DNA of 64,000 nucleotides from Paraspadella gotoi. Its lineage: Eukaryota; Animalia; Chaetognatha. This document shows, piece by piece, positions 13,643 through 34,821 of this stretch. Both the position numbers and the translations under genes were made by a program. The notes under the pieces were generated by a model. That model was not told the origin of the DNA and searched no databases. It was given only the letters and a program-made list of their open reading frames with translations. The stretch is from NCBI GenBank assembly GCA_051294375.1, contig CM119266.1, positions 12,437,705 through 12,501,704 of the forward strand, written 5' to 3'. How positions within the stretch are numbered: position 1 is the first letter of the stretch; every line of letters begins with the position of its first letter.

Positions 13643-14005
13643 GATGAGAGAGAGAGAGAGAAGAGAGAGGGAGAGAGAGAGAGAACGAAGACAGAGGACC
13701 CGAGACACGAGATGGGCCCCGACGTTCCAATTATCACATCAGTTTTATCTATGCTACGCAATTGCCTTAAAAGGAGAGGGCTTTCCCCGACTCCGGCTCT
13801 CTCTCTCTCTCTCTGCCTCTCTCTCTGAGTCATTACTGCAGCTCCCGGACGCAGCCGTCCACCGGAGGCAGCGGCGCGCCGGCTGCCGACCGACTCACTT
13901 CTTTCCTTCCGGGCTTCTCCGCTTCGATCGGGGAAGATTTTCTCTCTCTCGCATGGTGAGTCGGGCTTCTTCCGGTCGAAGTCCGAGCGGAATTCGGGGC
14001 ACGGA

Positions 14006-14044
<39 letters not shown>

Positions 14045-16410
14045 CTTCTCTCTCGACTCTCTCTCTTCCCTACAGCACATACCTCTCTCTTGCTTCTCTC
14101 TTTGCTCTTGCCGTCTCACTCTCTATTCTTCTATGCTTTAGCATTATTTAGCCAATTACATATGTCAGGTAACAAAATAACGTGGCGTTTACTGTTCCGT
14201 GCATAAAAAAATTTCACTTGTTCAATATTATTATATTTCTGTTTTATTTTAAAACATTATAGTTTGCATATGTCGATAATCCAAAATATCATATAGCAAA
14301 ATCTTTTTTTTGTTTTTTTAAGATATGACCACACAGCAAAAAACTGTTATAACTTTTAACTCTGATTTAAAACCAAAAGCTGTATAAAATTTATGATTTA
14401 ATTTAATAAAACTTTTTTTAGAAAGGTGTCCCATGATAGGGGCTTTAATTTATACCACACCCATCTTGCCCTAGCTCTTTTCTTTCAAAAGTTATTTAAA
14501 AAATAACTTTTTCAAACTACGCAGTACACAATCTTTGTTAAATAAAAATTTTGGCAAAGCGGGATATCTCCACTTATTTTCTAATTGATCAATACTTAAA
14601 TTTAAAATAAAAACTTGAAAGAAAAATTTTTTTTGTCATCAAAGAGACATATCAGCTTTTAGATATACCATCGATAATAATTGATTTATTTATTTCCCTA
14701 AAAAAAGCCTAATTAAAAAAGTTTTGAAATTTTTTTAAATTGTTAGGAAAAAATTTTCTCCGACCTATGCTCATTGAAATAATGGTTTTGCATAGAAAAT
14801 CAAAATATCAAAAAATAAAAAAATGCAGCACTCTTAAGAAAAATTGAAAGGCTAGAGCTGATTTTTTTAGAATTGCAAATTTTTTTCCTAACTCAAAATC
14901 CATTATTCTCAATTTCAAAATATTTTTTTTCCAAATCATTCAATCAATTTTTTTTTATTATTTAAAATGTTTTTATGATGTTGTTTTTGTTTGAAAGAAT
15001 GAAAAAAAGTGAAAAATATAGTATTATATAAGGTTTTTGAAAATACCCGTCTAAAATATTAAGATAATTAGATACAAGGGGAGTAAGCAGAGAAAACTTT
15101 CCCATTCATAAAAAAAATTGAAAATGAATTGTCATATTGTTATTTAGGATTAATTGACTAAATTACAAACATATGATTCATATAAATTGAGGAAATGATG
15201 GAGTAAAAAATATTCATCGTTGTCTCGGTTAACTATTAAGTATCGTTAAAGTTTTGTTTTAATAATATTAATATTTTTTTTGGCATTTTATAAAAGCAAT
15301 GGTCTAAAATTTTGTAAGCGTTTCGAGCTATATTGCTTCATCTTTTTTACTAATTTTTGATCTAGTTAAGGCCTTTTTGTTAATGTCAAGGGTTATGGTC
15401 AGACACAGTAATGTCCAGTAGTGTATATCGCACATTATTACCAAAAGTAATAAATCAATTAATTTGGCTCAGAAACAATTTAAAAGGGAAAATCAGCACG
15501 AGACAGTAACGCCAACGTATTTTTCTTGTTCATATCAGTATTTTTTTTTCAACCTATTATTTTAAAAATTGAAAAATACAAATTTTTTTTTTAATTTAAG
15601 AATATTCAAGGTGGCACAAGCTCGAATTTTTATTCTACTTGAATTTAAAAATTTTTGGCTACTATTTACTCTTCATACGTCCTCGCGGAACAAAAATGCA
15701 AATTATATATATAATCTTATTTCGCGATCATTTTAATCTTATCATAATTTTAGAATTGTTTTCAGCCAATTTAATCATTATTATTAGATTTAATATCTTT
15801 TTTAGTAATATTAATTATTTTTAGCTCAAAATCTTAAAAATTAAAAAAAAGAAACAAATAACAAATTTTTTCAACTTCGTTATTTAAATTTTTCTGTTAA
15901 ATATTCACTCATAATTTTTCCCCCATTTCTTATACTTTCCTTATTTATTTTTTTGTTTATTGTTTTTAATTTTATTGTTTCAATTTTGTAATATTTTTTT
16001 TTTTTTCAATTCTTTTTCTTTCATTTCTTTCTTTCGTTTTTCTTCTTTCTTTTTTTGCTTCTTTTTCCAAAAAAAGACTCCCGGATCCGCGCGAAACCAT
16101 AATCGAACCGCTCGAGGCAAGAGAGAAAGAGACTCGGGCGGGTGACGAGAGGTAGAGAGAGAGAAAGGGAGTAAGTTTCGCCGCTGCAGCCGACTTTGCA
16201 GCCGCGCGGATCCGGGAGATAAGGAGAAGGAAGAGGAAGAGGAGTAAGAAGAGCGCGAGCGAAGGTAGTCGAAGGCGGGGAGCAGCCGCTCTGCGCCGCG
16301 CGGCTGCTCCCGGACGCTGCGCTGAATAACGAGGCTTCTGATATAGCCATGCTCTCTCTCTCTCTCTCTCTCGAACAGATCTCTCTCCTCTCTCTCTTCA
16401 TCTCTCCCTC

Positions 16411-16445
<35 letters not shown>

Positions 16446-17185
16446 CTCTCTGGCGGCCTCGACGGAGTTTTGTTACAAACGAACGAGAAAGAAATGAGAA
16501 ACTAATTTCCCTTCGACAACAGAAAAAAAAAGGTTGTAAACAAGGAAGTTTTTTCGACCGCGAGAATGAGGAAAACAAAAGCCAAACCCAAAGAACATTT
16601 TCATCCGCGGTCTCGTAATAACATGAGCAGCCTCTCATCAGCTCCGCTTCCTCGTCCCCAGCAGTCCCTTATCGTATCCTCCGCTGCCTCCTTCCACGTA
16701 ATCAGATGTCCAGTCCGATCCCTCCGCACTCCCGTCAACAACCAAAGCGGCCCTTTCATCATCCTCGACTTTCACTTCCACATCCTCAGCTTTTCAGTCG
16801 ACACCCTCTGAAGCCTGCAGTCACATTCCACATCCTCAACAGCCCCTTCACTAACCACAGCAGCCCATTCCACGGATTTATTTTTCCTAAGAACATCTCC
16901 ACTCGAGAGGCCGCATCCCCAGCAATTCCATTTCGTCCCCTCGTGAGTCCCTTCCACATCCCCAGCAGTCCCCTCTACCACATCCTCCTCAGCTCCCCTT
17001 CCGCACCCACTCCTCCGAATGTCCACGTTCGTCAATTCAATATATTCGGATTTGGCGGGAAAAAAGTCTAAAAATAGAAACATTTCTTTTTCCCCGTCTC
17101 GCGGGTCGACAGGGTCGAGATCGATGGGGCCAACTCGGTGCCAAGAAAACCCAGATGGAAACTTCATAACGCGGGACCTGTATTT

Positions 17186-17252
<67 letters not shown>

Positions 17253-17466
17253 AATGAATGAATGTATATTGAATGTATAAAACAGATACGGCCGCTGGGC
17301 ACGCCTAATGCGGCCTATAACAAGCCTTTTAAGTAAGAGTACAGTTAAATTACGATGTTCAAAATACAATTTAAGATCTTGAAAACAACTTTCAAAATAA
17401 AAAACTATAAAATTGGTAATAGATAAAAAATTAAAAAGTTAAAATAAAGAATGGTTAGGAATGGGT

Positions 17467-17497
<31 letters not shown>

Positions 17498-17530
17498 CGA
17501 GAGGGNNNNNNNNNNNNNNNNNNNNNNNNN

Positions 17531-25843
<8,313 letters not shown>

Positions 25844-25932
25844 CCCGATTGGCTCTCCAAAAATTAGATTAATTGATGGATGAGACATTATTCTTTTTTA
25901 CATTAAACTTTAACATTTTTCACAAATTTCAG

Positions 25933-26005
25933 TTGTATCGTGCTCGGACTTGATACAAAAGGAGCCTTTGCCGCCTCCGCATTACGTGGCCTTCGATTTT
26001 TTCAG
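25933..26005 (+). CDS. KCNQ: KCNQ exon: S3 end, S3-S4 linker, S4 start
   Basis: tttcag|...cag|gtaaaa; 73 nt, phase 2 to 0; (S)CIVLGLDTKGAFAASALRGLRFFQ; joins 11917 in frame (AG|T = Ser). Confidence 0.93.
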
Positions 26006-26306
26006 GTAAAAAAGTCACGTGATAAATCAAAAAGAAAACTAACGCTATAGAGACCACTTGGTATTTGTTTAGAGCTCTTTCGCTATGTTTTGTTATGTTT
26101 TGTTACTAATTTTATTATAGTGTATCATGTCATATTTTATTGTATCATGTCTTATTTACGCAACCTTGCGATTCGCTCACCGAGGAATCGGAATCAAAAA
26201 CTACGAAGCGAAAAATTTGCATTTATGTGCGAAACAGGAAAGTCGCGTGACTGAATAGCGAGGGACCCGAGAGAACCAGGGTACACAAAACACTTCAGGT
26301 TGAGAG

Positions 26307-26371
<65 letters not shown>

Positions 26372-29106
26372 TTTTCTATTTCCATCACATCCGTTAAACT
26401 GATTTCTCGTTTAGTGACTCTCCGGAATGAATGAGTTGCGCGTGAGTTTTTAAGTAGAACAAGATTCTCCTGATTTCAAAGACGACTTAGTTATTCTTTT
26501 TACTTCTTCTTTATTTGCTCTCTCTCTCTATCTGTCTTTTCCTCTTCTTACTTTCTTTCGTTTTTACTTTCTTTTTTTTTTCTTTCTCGGTTTTTCTTGT
26601 TTAATTTGTTAATTTAATTTTTTTTTTTTTTACTTTTTCTCTCTTTCTTTTTTATATCATTCTTTCTTTCCTCCTCTCTTCTTTCTTTGTCTCTCTGTCC
26701 TCTTATTCCTTTCTCATTATTTAGTTTTTCGCTTTTCCTTCTCGGCTGTCAACGTACGATACCCCAGGGAGTTTCCAGGAAAGGCATCAGCAGCAGCGGC
26801 GGCTTTCATCGTTCCTGCCGCTGCCGCCGCTGCCGCCGCCTCCGTCCCCGCCTCTCTTCAATGGCTGCATTACGATTGACGACTGTATCATCTCGGCCTC
26901 TATCTTACGTCATTATTACCTATTTCGAGCAGCGATGCCCATTTTTATCTTCCTCGTCACTTTAAAAAGAACCTTTTCACAGTCTTTGTCTTTTTCAACA
27001 TTTCTTTTTCTTTTTTTTTCTTTTTCTACTGTTTCTCCTTTCTTCTAATTTTTTTTCACCTCATCTTTTCTTTTTCTTTGTTTATCCTCCTTTTTCGTTT
27101 CTTTTTCTCTGCCCTTGCTTTTTTTGTTTCCAATCGTTTTTTCTCCTTTTTTTTTTCAAATTTGTTTGTTGTTTCTACAGCTCCCATCGTGGCTACCCTC
27201 TTTGCTTTCTACTCCTTTTTCAATCCCACTTCCCTTTTGTCCCTCCCCTTTTTTTTCACTGACTTGTCCCGCTTCTTTTGCCCCACGGGATTCTCTTTAT
27301 GGCTGCGACGGACAGTTAACTCCGATCTATCGATTCTTTTCGGCCCCCTATCGAGGCCCTCTCTGCTCTCTCGTCTCCCGCGTCTCTCTCTCCATCTCTC
27401 GTCCTCGTCTCCTCTTCTCTCTCCTTTCTTCGTGCTCTCTCTTCTTTCTTTCTGTGCTTTCTTTCTTTTCTTTCTTTTTTTCTTTCTTTCTTTTCTTCTT
27501 TCTTCTTTCCTTTTTTTCCATCTTTTTCTCTTTTTCCCTTCTCTTACTCTTTTAGTCGCTCTTCTCTTTAATCGAACATTGTAAAATCCTTTCTTTTTCT
27601 TCCCCTTCACTCTTTCAGTTATCGCAGAAAAGTCGCTCAGTCCTCTCTCTCTCTCGTCTTTCTCTTCTTTCCTCTTTCTCTCCTCTTTCTTCTCTCTCTC
27701 GTCTCTCTCTCTTCTCTCTCTACTCCTCTCTCTCTCTCTCTCGCTCTGCTCTACTTCTCTCTCCGCTCCTTTCTCTCCTCTCGCTCTCTTCCTCGCTTCC
27801 GTATTCTTCCGTCAAGTTTACATTTTCATTCGAACTCGCTCACCGAAAAATACTGGTAAAAACTAAGAAAAATATTGGGCGCCAAATAAAAGTTAAAAGC
27901 AGATCTGCAAAGTTTTAGTAAGAAAAGAAAATTTAAAAAATAATATTTTTTATTTCGTTCGCGTAATGTTTAAATAATATAAAAAACTAAGCCCTCCGTC
28001 CCTCATCCTTACAGAAACTGATTTGCATTATTTTCTCCTCGTTTTGATTCCCGAGATATTTTTTTTTCTTTTCGTAATTTTACGCGAGAGAAACACTTTA
28101 AAATTAATTAAAGTTTTTTTTTTTGTTTTTTTTTTTTTTTTGAAAAAAAAAGAAGGTAAAAAAGGTTCATTTAAACTTTAAGATAATAAATGAATAATAA
28201 TATTCGGCGGAGCTCTCGGCATTTATCCATCTCCCCCCCCGACTTCCATTATCCCATAAATATGCCGGAATTTTTAATCGATGATTTTCGAAATGAAAAT
28301 TTTTATATTTTTTTTTTTAAAAACAACGATGTATCGTTTCTTTCTCTACTTTCTTCTCCATCTATACTCTTTTTCTTCTCATCGTTTTCTTTCTCGTACA
28401 TGTATCCTCTCTCCTTCTCTCCATCACCTTCTCCCTTCTGCTCATCGTCTCTCTCCGTCCTCCTCCTCTCTACTGTCTTAACCTCCTCCTTATTATAATT
28501 CTCCCTCTCTCCTCCTATTCTCTCTCTGTCTCATCCTCTCGTCTCTCACATCTCTCTCCTCTCTCTCTCCCTCCTCAAAATTAGGGTCCAGCAGTAAATT
28601 GCGCCCCGGCTAAGCCGGTAGTCCTATGTCAAATTCATATCATATCTCCTCTCTCTCTCTCTCTTTCTTAAATCAACTTTCTCCTCTTCCTTCACTCCCT
28701 CCCTCTCGATTCAACATCCCTCTCTCTCTTTCTTACTTCCGCCTCAGGGTCAGCATCCCCATCTCAATAGACTCCTTTCCCTCTCCCACCCTCACTCTTC
28801 TCTAGTCCTCTCAGCTCATCACAAAACCCTCATTCATCCCCCCTTTTTCCCTCCTCCTTCTCCTCTTTCACAACTCCCTGACTCCCTATCTCCTTTCCTT
28901 CCCCCGACCCTCCCCTCTCCGATTCCCTCTCCCTTTTTCCCTTCCCTCCCTTTCCTTCTCCGATCTATCACCGTTATACCGTCCTCTACTCACTTTCCTC
29001 CTCTATCCCACCGATTCCAATCTCCCACCTATACCGCCCCCATCCTCCGTCCACCCGCAACCGTCCTCGTCCCTCCCTCCCCCTCTTCCCCCCCCCCCCT
29101 CCCCAG

Positions 29107-29271
29107 ATCCTTGCCTCGGCATCGGGCCGCATGGACAGAACCAGTGGAAACTTGGAACGCTTCTGGGCGCCGCTCACTCCTGGGCTCACAAGACAAGAAC
29201 TCATCACCCGTGTTGTAACATACAATTCTCCTTTATCCCTGGTCCATATCCCCGTTCTTGCCTCCTACATG
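29107..29271 (+). other. KCNQ: Heavily indel-damaged copy 1 of the KCNQ S4-S5 exon
   Basis: ccccag|atc...tac atg|gtgagt; recognisable pieces RMDR, RQELIT, LASYM; many insertions. Confidence 0.8.
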
Positions 29272-30417
29272 GTGAGTATGAGAGAAGAGAGAAGACGAGA
29301 GAAGAGAGAGAGAAGAGGAGAGAGAGAGGAGAGAGAAGAAGAGAGATAGTAGAAGAGCGAAGAGAGATGGAAGAGAGAGTTGAGGAAGAGAGGACAGAGT
29401 GGNNNNNNNNNNNNNNNNNNNNNNNNNGTTTTCATTCGAACTCCGCTCACCGAAAATACTGTAAAAACTAAGAAAAATATTGGGGCCAAAAAAAGTTAAA
29501 AGCAGATCTGCAGAGTTTAGTAGAAAGAAAATTAAAAAATAATATTTTTTATTTCGTTCGTTAATCGTTTAAATAATATAAAAAACTAAGCCCTCGCTCC
29601 CTCATCCTTAACAGAAACTGATTTGCATTATTTTCTCGTTTTGATTCCGAGATATTTTTTTTCTTTTCGTAATTTTTACGAGAGAAACACTTAAAATTAA
29701 TTAAAGTTTTTTTGTTTTTTTTTTGAAAAAAAAAGGTAAAAAGGTTCATTTAACTTTAAGATAATAAAAAAATGAATAAATATTCGGCGAGCTCCGGCCA
29801 TTTATCTCTCCCCGACTTCCATTATCCATGAAATATGCCGGAATTTTTAATCGATTTTTTCGAAATGAATTTTTATTTTTAAAAGAACGAAGCTTTTATT
29901 TTTCCTCTTTTCTCTACTTTCTCTCTCTCCATCCCTTCTCATCCACTCATTCTTCCTCTCTCTCTTTCTTAATCCTTATTAATACCCTCTCTCTCTCTCT
30001 CCGTCTCGTCTCTCTCTCTCTCTACTCTCTCTCTCCTCTCTCTCTCTCTCTTTCTCCGTCCCTCCTCTTCTCTCTTGCGTATGCGTGTTCTCTTCACCTC
30101 TCATTCTCCCTCGTCTCTTCTTAATCCCTCCTCACATCCCTCTGTCTCCTTTGACCCCTCCACCCACTCTACTCTAATCCTTCGCTCGTCTACATTTCCG
30201 CATCATCATCCGCACCTATATATCCTCCTCCCTCTCTCTTTCACTCCTCTTCCTATTCTCCCTTTTCCTCCCCCACTCCCTCTCCGATTCCCTCTCACCT
30301 TTTCCCTCCCCCTTTCTCCGCTATCTTTCACGCACTCTCTCACTATCCCCGATTCCAATCTCCCCCTGACGCCCCCTCTCCGTCCACCCGCTCCTCTCTC
30401 CCTCTTCCCCCTCCCAG

Positions 30418-30563
30418 ATCCTGCGCATCGTGCGCATGGACATGAAGAGGTGGAACTTGGAAGCTTCTGGGCGCCGTCATCTGGCGCTCACAGACAGAGA
30501 ACTCATCACCGTGTTGTACATAGCATTCCTTATCCTGGTCATTTCCTCGTTCTTGCTGGCATG
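30418..30563 (+). CDS. KCNQ: KCNQ S4-S5 exon, copy 2 (few indels); consensus about [48 protein letters not shown]
   Basis: ctcccag|atc ctg cgc atc gtg cgc atg gac..ggt gga act tgg aag ctt ctg ggc gcc gtc atc tgg..gaa ctc atc acc gtg ttg tac..atg|gtgaga; 146 nt versus about 144 expected, phase 0 to 0. The consensus is my inference from the two copies. Confidence 0.88.
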
Positions 30564-30570
30564 GTGAGAT

Positions 30571-30621
<51 letters not shown>

Positions 30622-33600
30622 AAGAGAGAGAGAGAAGAGAGAGATGAGAGTGGTGACACTACCTTTTTCCGATAATTGAAAATATTCTACCCGTCTCTTC
30701 CTCCCACGTTGAGAATCGGGAACAATATCGTTATCTTTCCAATTTTTTTTTTAAATTTAATTTCAACGTCGAACGACGACGACGGAAACGACGACGACGA
30801 CGATAACGACAACATCGAAATCGACGACGAAGATGACAACGACGAAGACGACGATGGAAGTGACAATGACAAGGATAAAAACTACGACAATCACGACGAT
30901 GAAAACGACGATGACGACGGCGGTAACTCCGACGGAAACGGCGGTGACGAAAACGATAACGACAACGACGACAACGACGACGAACTTCTTTTTAAAAAAA
31001 CGATGATGACGAAGCTGATGGCGTCGGAAATGAAAAATAAAGTCGTCGCGGCGGAAATTCGCGCTTTGGATCTGGAATTGATGATGATGACGATTGGAAA
31101 GACGATAAGAGCGGAGGAAAGAGTGGGTGGATGGAAAGACGTGTGACGATGACGAAAACGACGACGACGACGACGACAAGACTACACCGGCGAATGGGAC
31201 GTCGACAAAGTCATAATAGGGGAATTTTCAAGGATCCCTTTTTTCTTCCTTCTTTTCTCTTCCAGCTTGTTTTATAACTCTTAGTCCTCGGGGCTGAAAA
31301 AAAAAATTTACCCCTGACATTTCTTTTTCTTTTTTCATCCTTTAACCTCCCCCTCTTTTCCCCCCTCTTTGCCTCCCAGTTTTTCTTCCATTTTTCATTT
31401 TCTTAATCTTTTCTTTTTTTTTTCCTCATTTGATAGTCACTTTCCACTCAACCCTATCCATCGTTTTCTCGCTTAATTTTTTCCCTTTTTGCTAAATTAA
31501 CTCTCTTCCCCGACCATATTACTTCGATTTACTTCTTATTTTCCTCCACCTTTTTCTTCCCTCTATTTTTCTTTTTCCTCTCCCTTTCTTTCTTTCTTCT
31601 TTCTTTCTTTCTTTCTTCTCTCATCGTCAATCCTCCACCTTTTTCTTCTCGTCCTTTTTTAACTAATTCCTTTTTGTAGCGGAGCCAATACCCCCGGCCT
31701 TCATCTTCGCGTCATTTACTCCACGCTGAATATTTCAAGATCTTGCAAAAAGAGGAAAAAAAATGTAATGAGCCTGAATAGTGCAATACTCTTAGCAAAT
31801 TGAATTAGTTAAAAGAAACGAATCAGAAAGATAACCAAACCAGTATATAAGGTGATAGACAGACGCGGGTCTACTACCCCCTCCTTCTCATTCACCTCCT
31901 CTTCATCCTCCTCCCAGGGATTCAGGGCCGCGTTCACGAGATTCAGTTCACCTTTCTCTCTTCTCCTACTCGTTTCTTCCCTTTTTTTACCCTCATGATT
32001 GTCTCCGTATAGATTTTCCTGCCGTCAATATATTAGATACCTTTTCAGAGCAAACTTTAACCTATAAATTAGAATTCCGCTTTACAATACTAATAGTTTT
32101 CTCTCTTTTACTTTTCGAGTTACAACTAAGTTGGTTTTTGCTCTCGACAGAACTGAGATTTTTCCACGCGATAAATAGCCCAACGATTGTTGTCCTCCGA
32201 TATATCGACTCGATCTACGGGCGTCGAAAGAAAAAGAGGAGGTTTGAAAATTTAAATTAAAAAAAGAAAAAGTTTCGGTTATATTTTCCGACGAGTAGAA
32301 GGTACAAATAGAAAAAAAACGAAACAAAGATAGGAAGGAAACTGAACAAAGAAAATAGGGAAAGAAAAGTCAACCTTAAAAAAAAATAATTGAAAGAAAA
32401 GGGAGGAAAGGAAACCGTAAAAAAAAAGAAAAAGAGAGAGTAGAGTAGATTTGATCCAAAATTGGCCACAAATTAGAACTCCCGCTGGAAAGAATGGGAT
32501 TTTCGAAGAAGGGGTAAAAAAAAAACCCAGATGTAAAATAGAAAGAGAGGAAAGGAAAGAAATGTGAGAATGGGGAAAAAAGGAGAAAGGGAGGAAGGGG
32601 AGAGGGGCAGAGGATGAAACGATAAAACGAGACCTCAAAGAAAAAAGAAATAGAACAGAGAGAAGCACTTAAAAGCGATAAATCGGAAGAGGAAGAGGAA
32701 GAGGAGAAAACAGAGAAGCGGACGAAGAGGCCAAAAAACATAAAGAAAACGACAATAATATCGATAATATTATTTGTTTTTTTCATAAAAAAAAAAACAG
32801 ACAAAAACTGGCAAGAAGATCAACAATAAATATATGAAAAAAAATGTCAACGACAAAGCAAAGAAGCGGAACAACTTTAGAGCTTTTTCAGTTTGCGTAA
32901 TCTTGTCATCTATTCTTTTTAAATACGACGAATCGACTCACTCATGCATTGCACAATTAAACCGTATGTATGTAATGTCAGACTAACGGACAATCACATT
33001 TACTGGGCGGCGCGGCGCAAAACAGAGAGACGCAAAAGTTCAGAAATAATATCCAAAAACAAAAATTGAATGACTGGTCCATTTATTACATACAAAAAAG
33101 AAGAAAAAGATCCGCGCGCATAATAAACAAAAGGACACACAAAAAGTAAAAACGAAAAACCAAAGTTGTCTCAAGAATAAAAGCATTGAAGCGACGAAAA
33201 CCTCTCGGGCAAAACCCAACTATTTTCTGTCAAGACAAGAAAACCAAAATAAAGCTCATTCCTAATTCTTTTTTTATTATTTGTTTAATAAATAACAGAG
33301 ATTTATAGACAGGTATATACTTTTTAAAATGGTATTTTGAGGTTTCTTTTTCGTTGAAAATCGGTAGAAATCGAATATCAGACAAGAAACAAAGACGTCA
33401 AAAGCGAAACATTCAGATAAAATATTCTGAAAAAAAAAAAGAAAAAATCTGTCGTGTTTGGAATATTTTTTTCTTAGATTTTGGGAAACTTTAACGTTTA
33501 CGTAGATTTTGACGACATTTAAAAATAACAATTTTCTTAAGGGAAAAGTGGAGAATTGCCTCACTTTTTAGGTTTCTTCTGTTGCCGCGCAAACGCTCTG

Positions 33601-34541
33601 TGCGCGTCTCGAATAGATGCGCGAGTCGCAGATTACATTGCCTTACATTACATTACCGTAGCATCTGACTTTTTCTTTACTCCAGCGACCTCTCCGAAAT
33701 TTTGCTTTTGTTTGTTTTATTTTTCTCGAATTTCACCACCGCGCCATCTCCCTCTATTCTTTTTTTTTTCCATTTGCGTCCCCATTCTTTTTTTCCTCCT
33801 CGCTCATTTTTCGATTTGAGGATTATGCAAATGAGGTCCTCAAGGACTCTCGAATCGTCAACGACTTTGGTGGACGAACGAATTCCGTCGAGGTTGCCTC
33901 TGTTTTTTTTTTGGGGGGGGAGGGTTTGGAGGCGCCGCCAAGCGTTGGCGTTGCGTTGACGTTTTGTTGACGTTGGCGTTGGCGTGGGTGAGACCGAAGA
34001 GCGATCGCGTAGGGTGAGATTTCGACCAATATTTTGCGGCGTTCACAATGTCTCGTGTGACGCGATTAAAATGTGACGCTATTTGGTATTTTGAAAGAAA
34101 CTAAATATTTTATTTGTTTTTAAAAAAATAAAGAAACAAAAGAAACGTCGACGCGAGAAAAATAATCTTTTTCGACGGCGCTGCTTCCGACACCTGCGTT
34201 TGACTCGGCATCTGCCGAGGAGATAATATTTCAAAAGATACTCTGCAGATGTCAAAAAAATTGTGACGTGTCTCGTTTGAAAAGTCACACGATCGAAACC
34301 TCTCGCCTACGGGCGGAATTATTTGGTTATCTATCAAGTATCTATCTATCTAGAAACGCTACTGGCAACAACAACGTCAATGAAAGAAGACAAACATTTA
34401 AATACGAATGAAAAATTATAAAAATAATAAGGAAAGAAATTTAATTTATGTTGTAGTGAGAACCGCGAGTAACAGGGTCTGCGTTCCGCCAGACCGGAAG
34501 AGGCGACCGCATAAATTACGGCGCGGGAGAAAAAAAATTTA

Positions 34542-34596
<55 letters not shown>

Positions 34597-34625
34597 CTTC
34601 CACCCCCCCCTCAATTCTCCCGCAG

Positions 34626-34821
34626 GTGGAAAAGGACGAGCAGGTGGTGAACCACCTCGGGCAAGTGCAGCGCCACTTCCAGACCTACGCCGACGCGCTG
34701 TGGTGGGGAGTGGTGACGATGTGCACCGTCGGCTACGGCGACGTCGTCCCCATCACGTGGAAGGGAAAGCTCGTCGCCTGCTTCTGCTCTGTCTGTGGAA
34801 TCTCCTTCTTCGCCTTGCCAG
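34626..34821 (+). CDS. KCNQ: KCNQ exon: turret, pore helix, selectivity filter, S6 start
   Basis: ccgcag|GTG...cca g|gtgagg; 196 nt, phase 0 to 1; [65 protein letters not shown]. Confidence 0.98.

Larger units (their letters stand above)
27823..30650. repeat. Tandem duplicate 27823-29402 / 29428-30650 containing the S4-S5 exon
   Basis: ttttcattcgaact..cgctcaccgaaaa starts both copies; both end with the exon plus (AG)n; 25-N gap between them. Confidence 0.9.

Noticed and set aside
26740-27380. Fragments resembling KCNQ S2-S4 (GCQR..QG; GQL..SAPYRGPL)
   Set aside because: The true exons are at 11813 and 25933; these fragments are out of order, lack clean splice sites and lie in low-quality sequence.
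30676-31146. 156-aa acidic ORF
   Set aside because: Degenerate (GAC/GAT/AAC)n tract in the S5-pore intron; S5 and the turret join without it.
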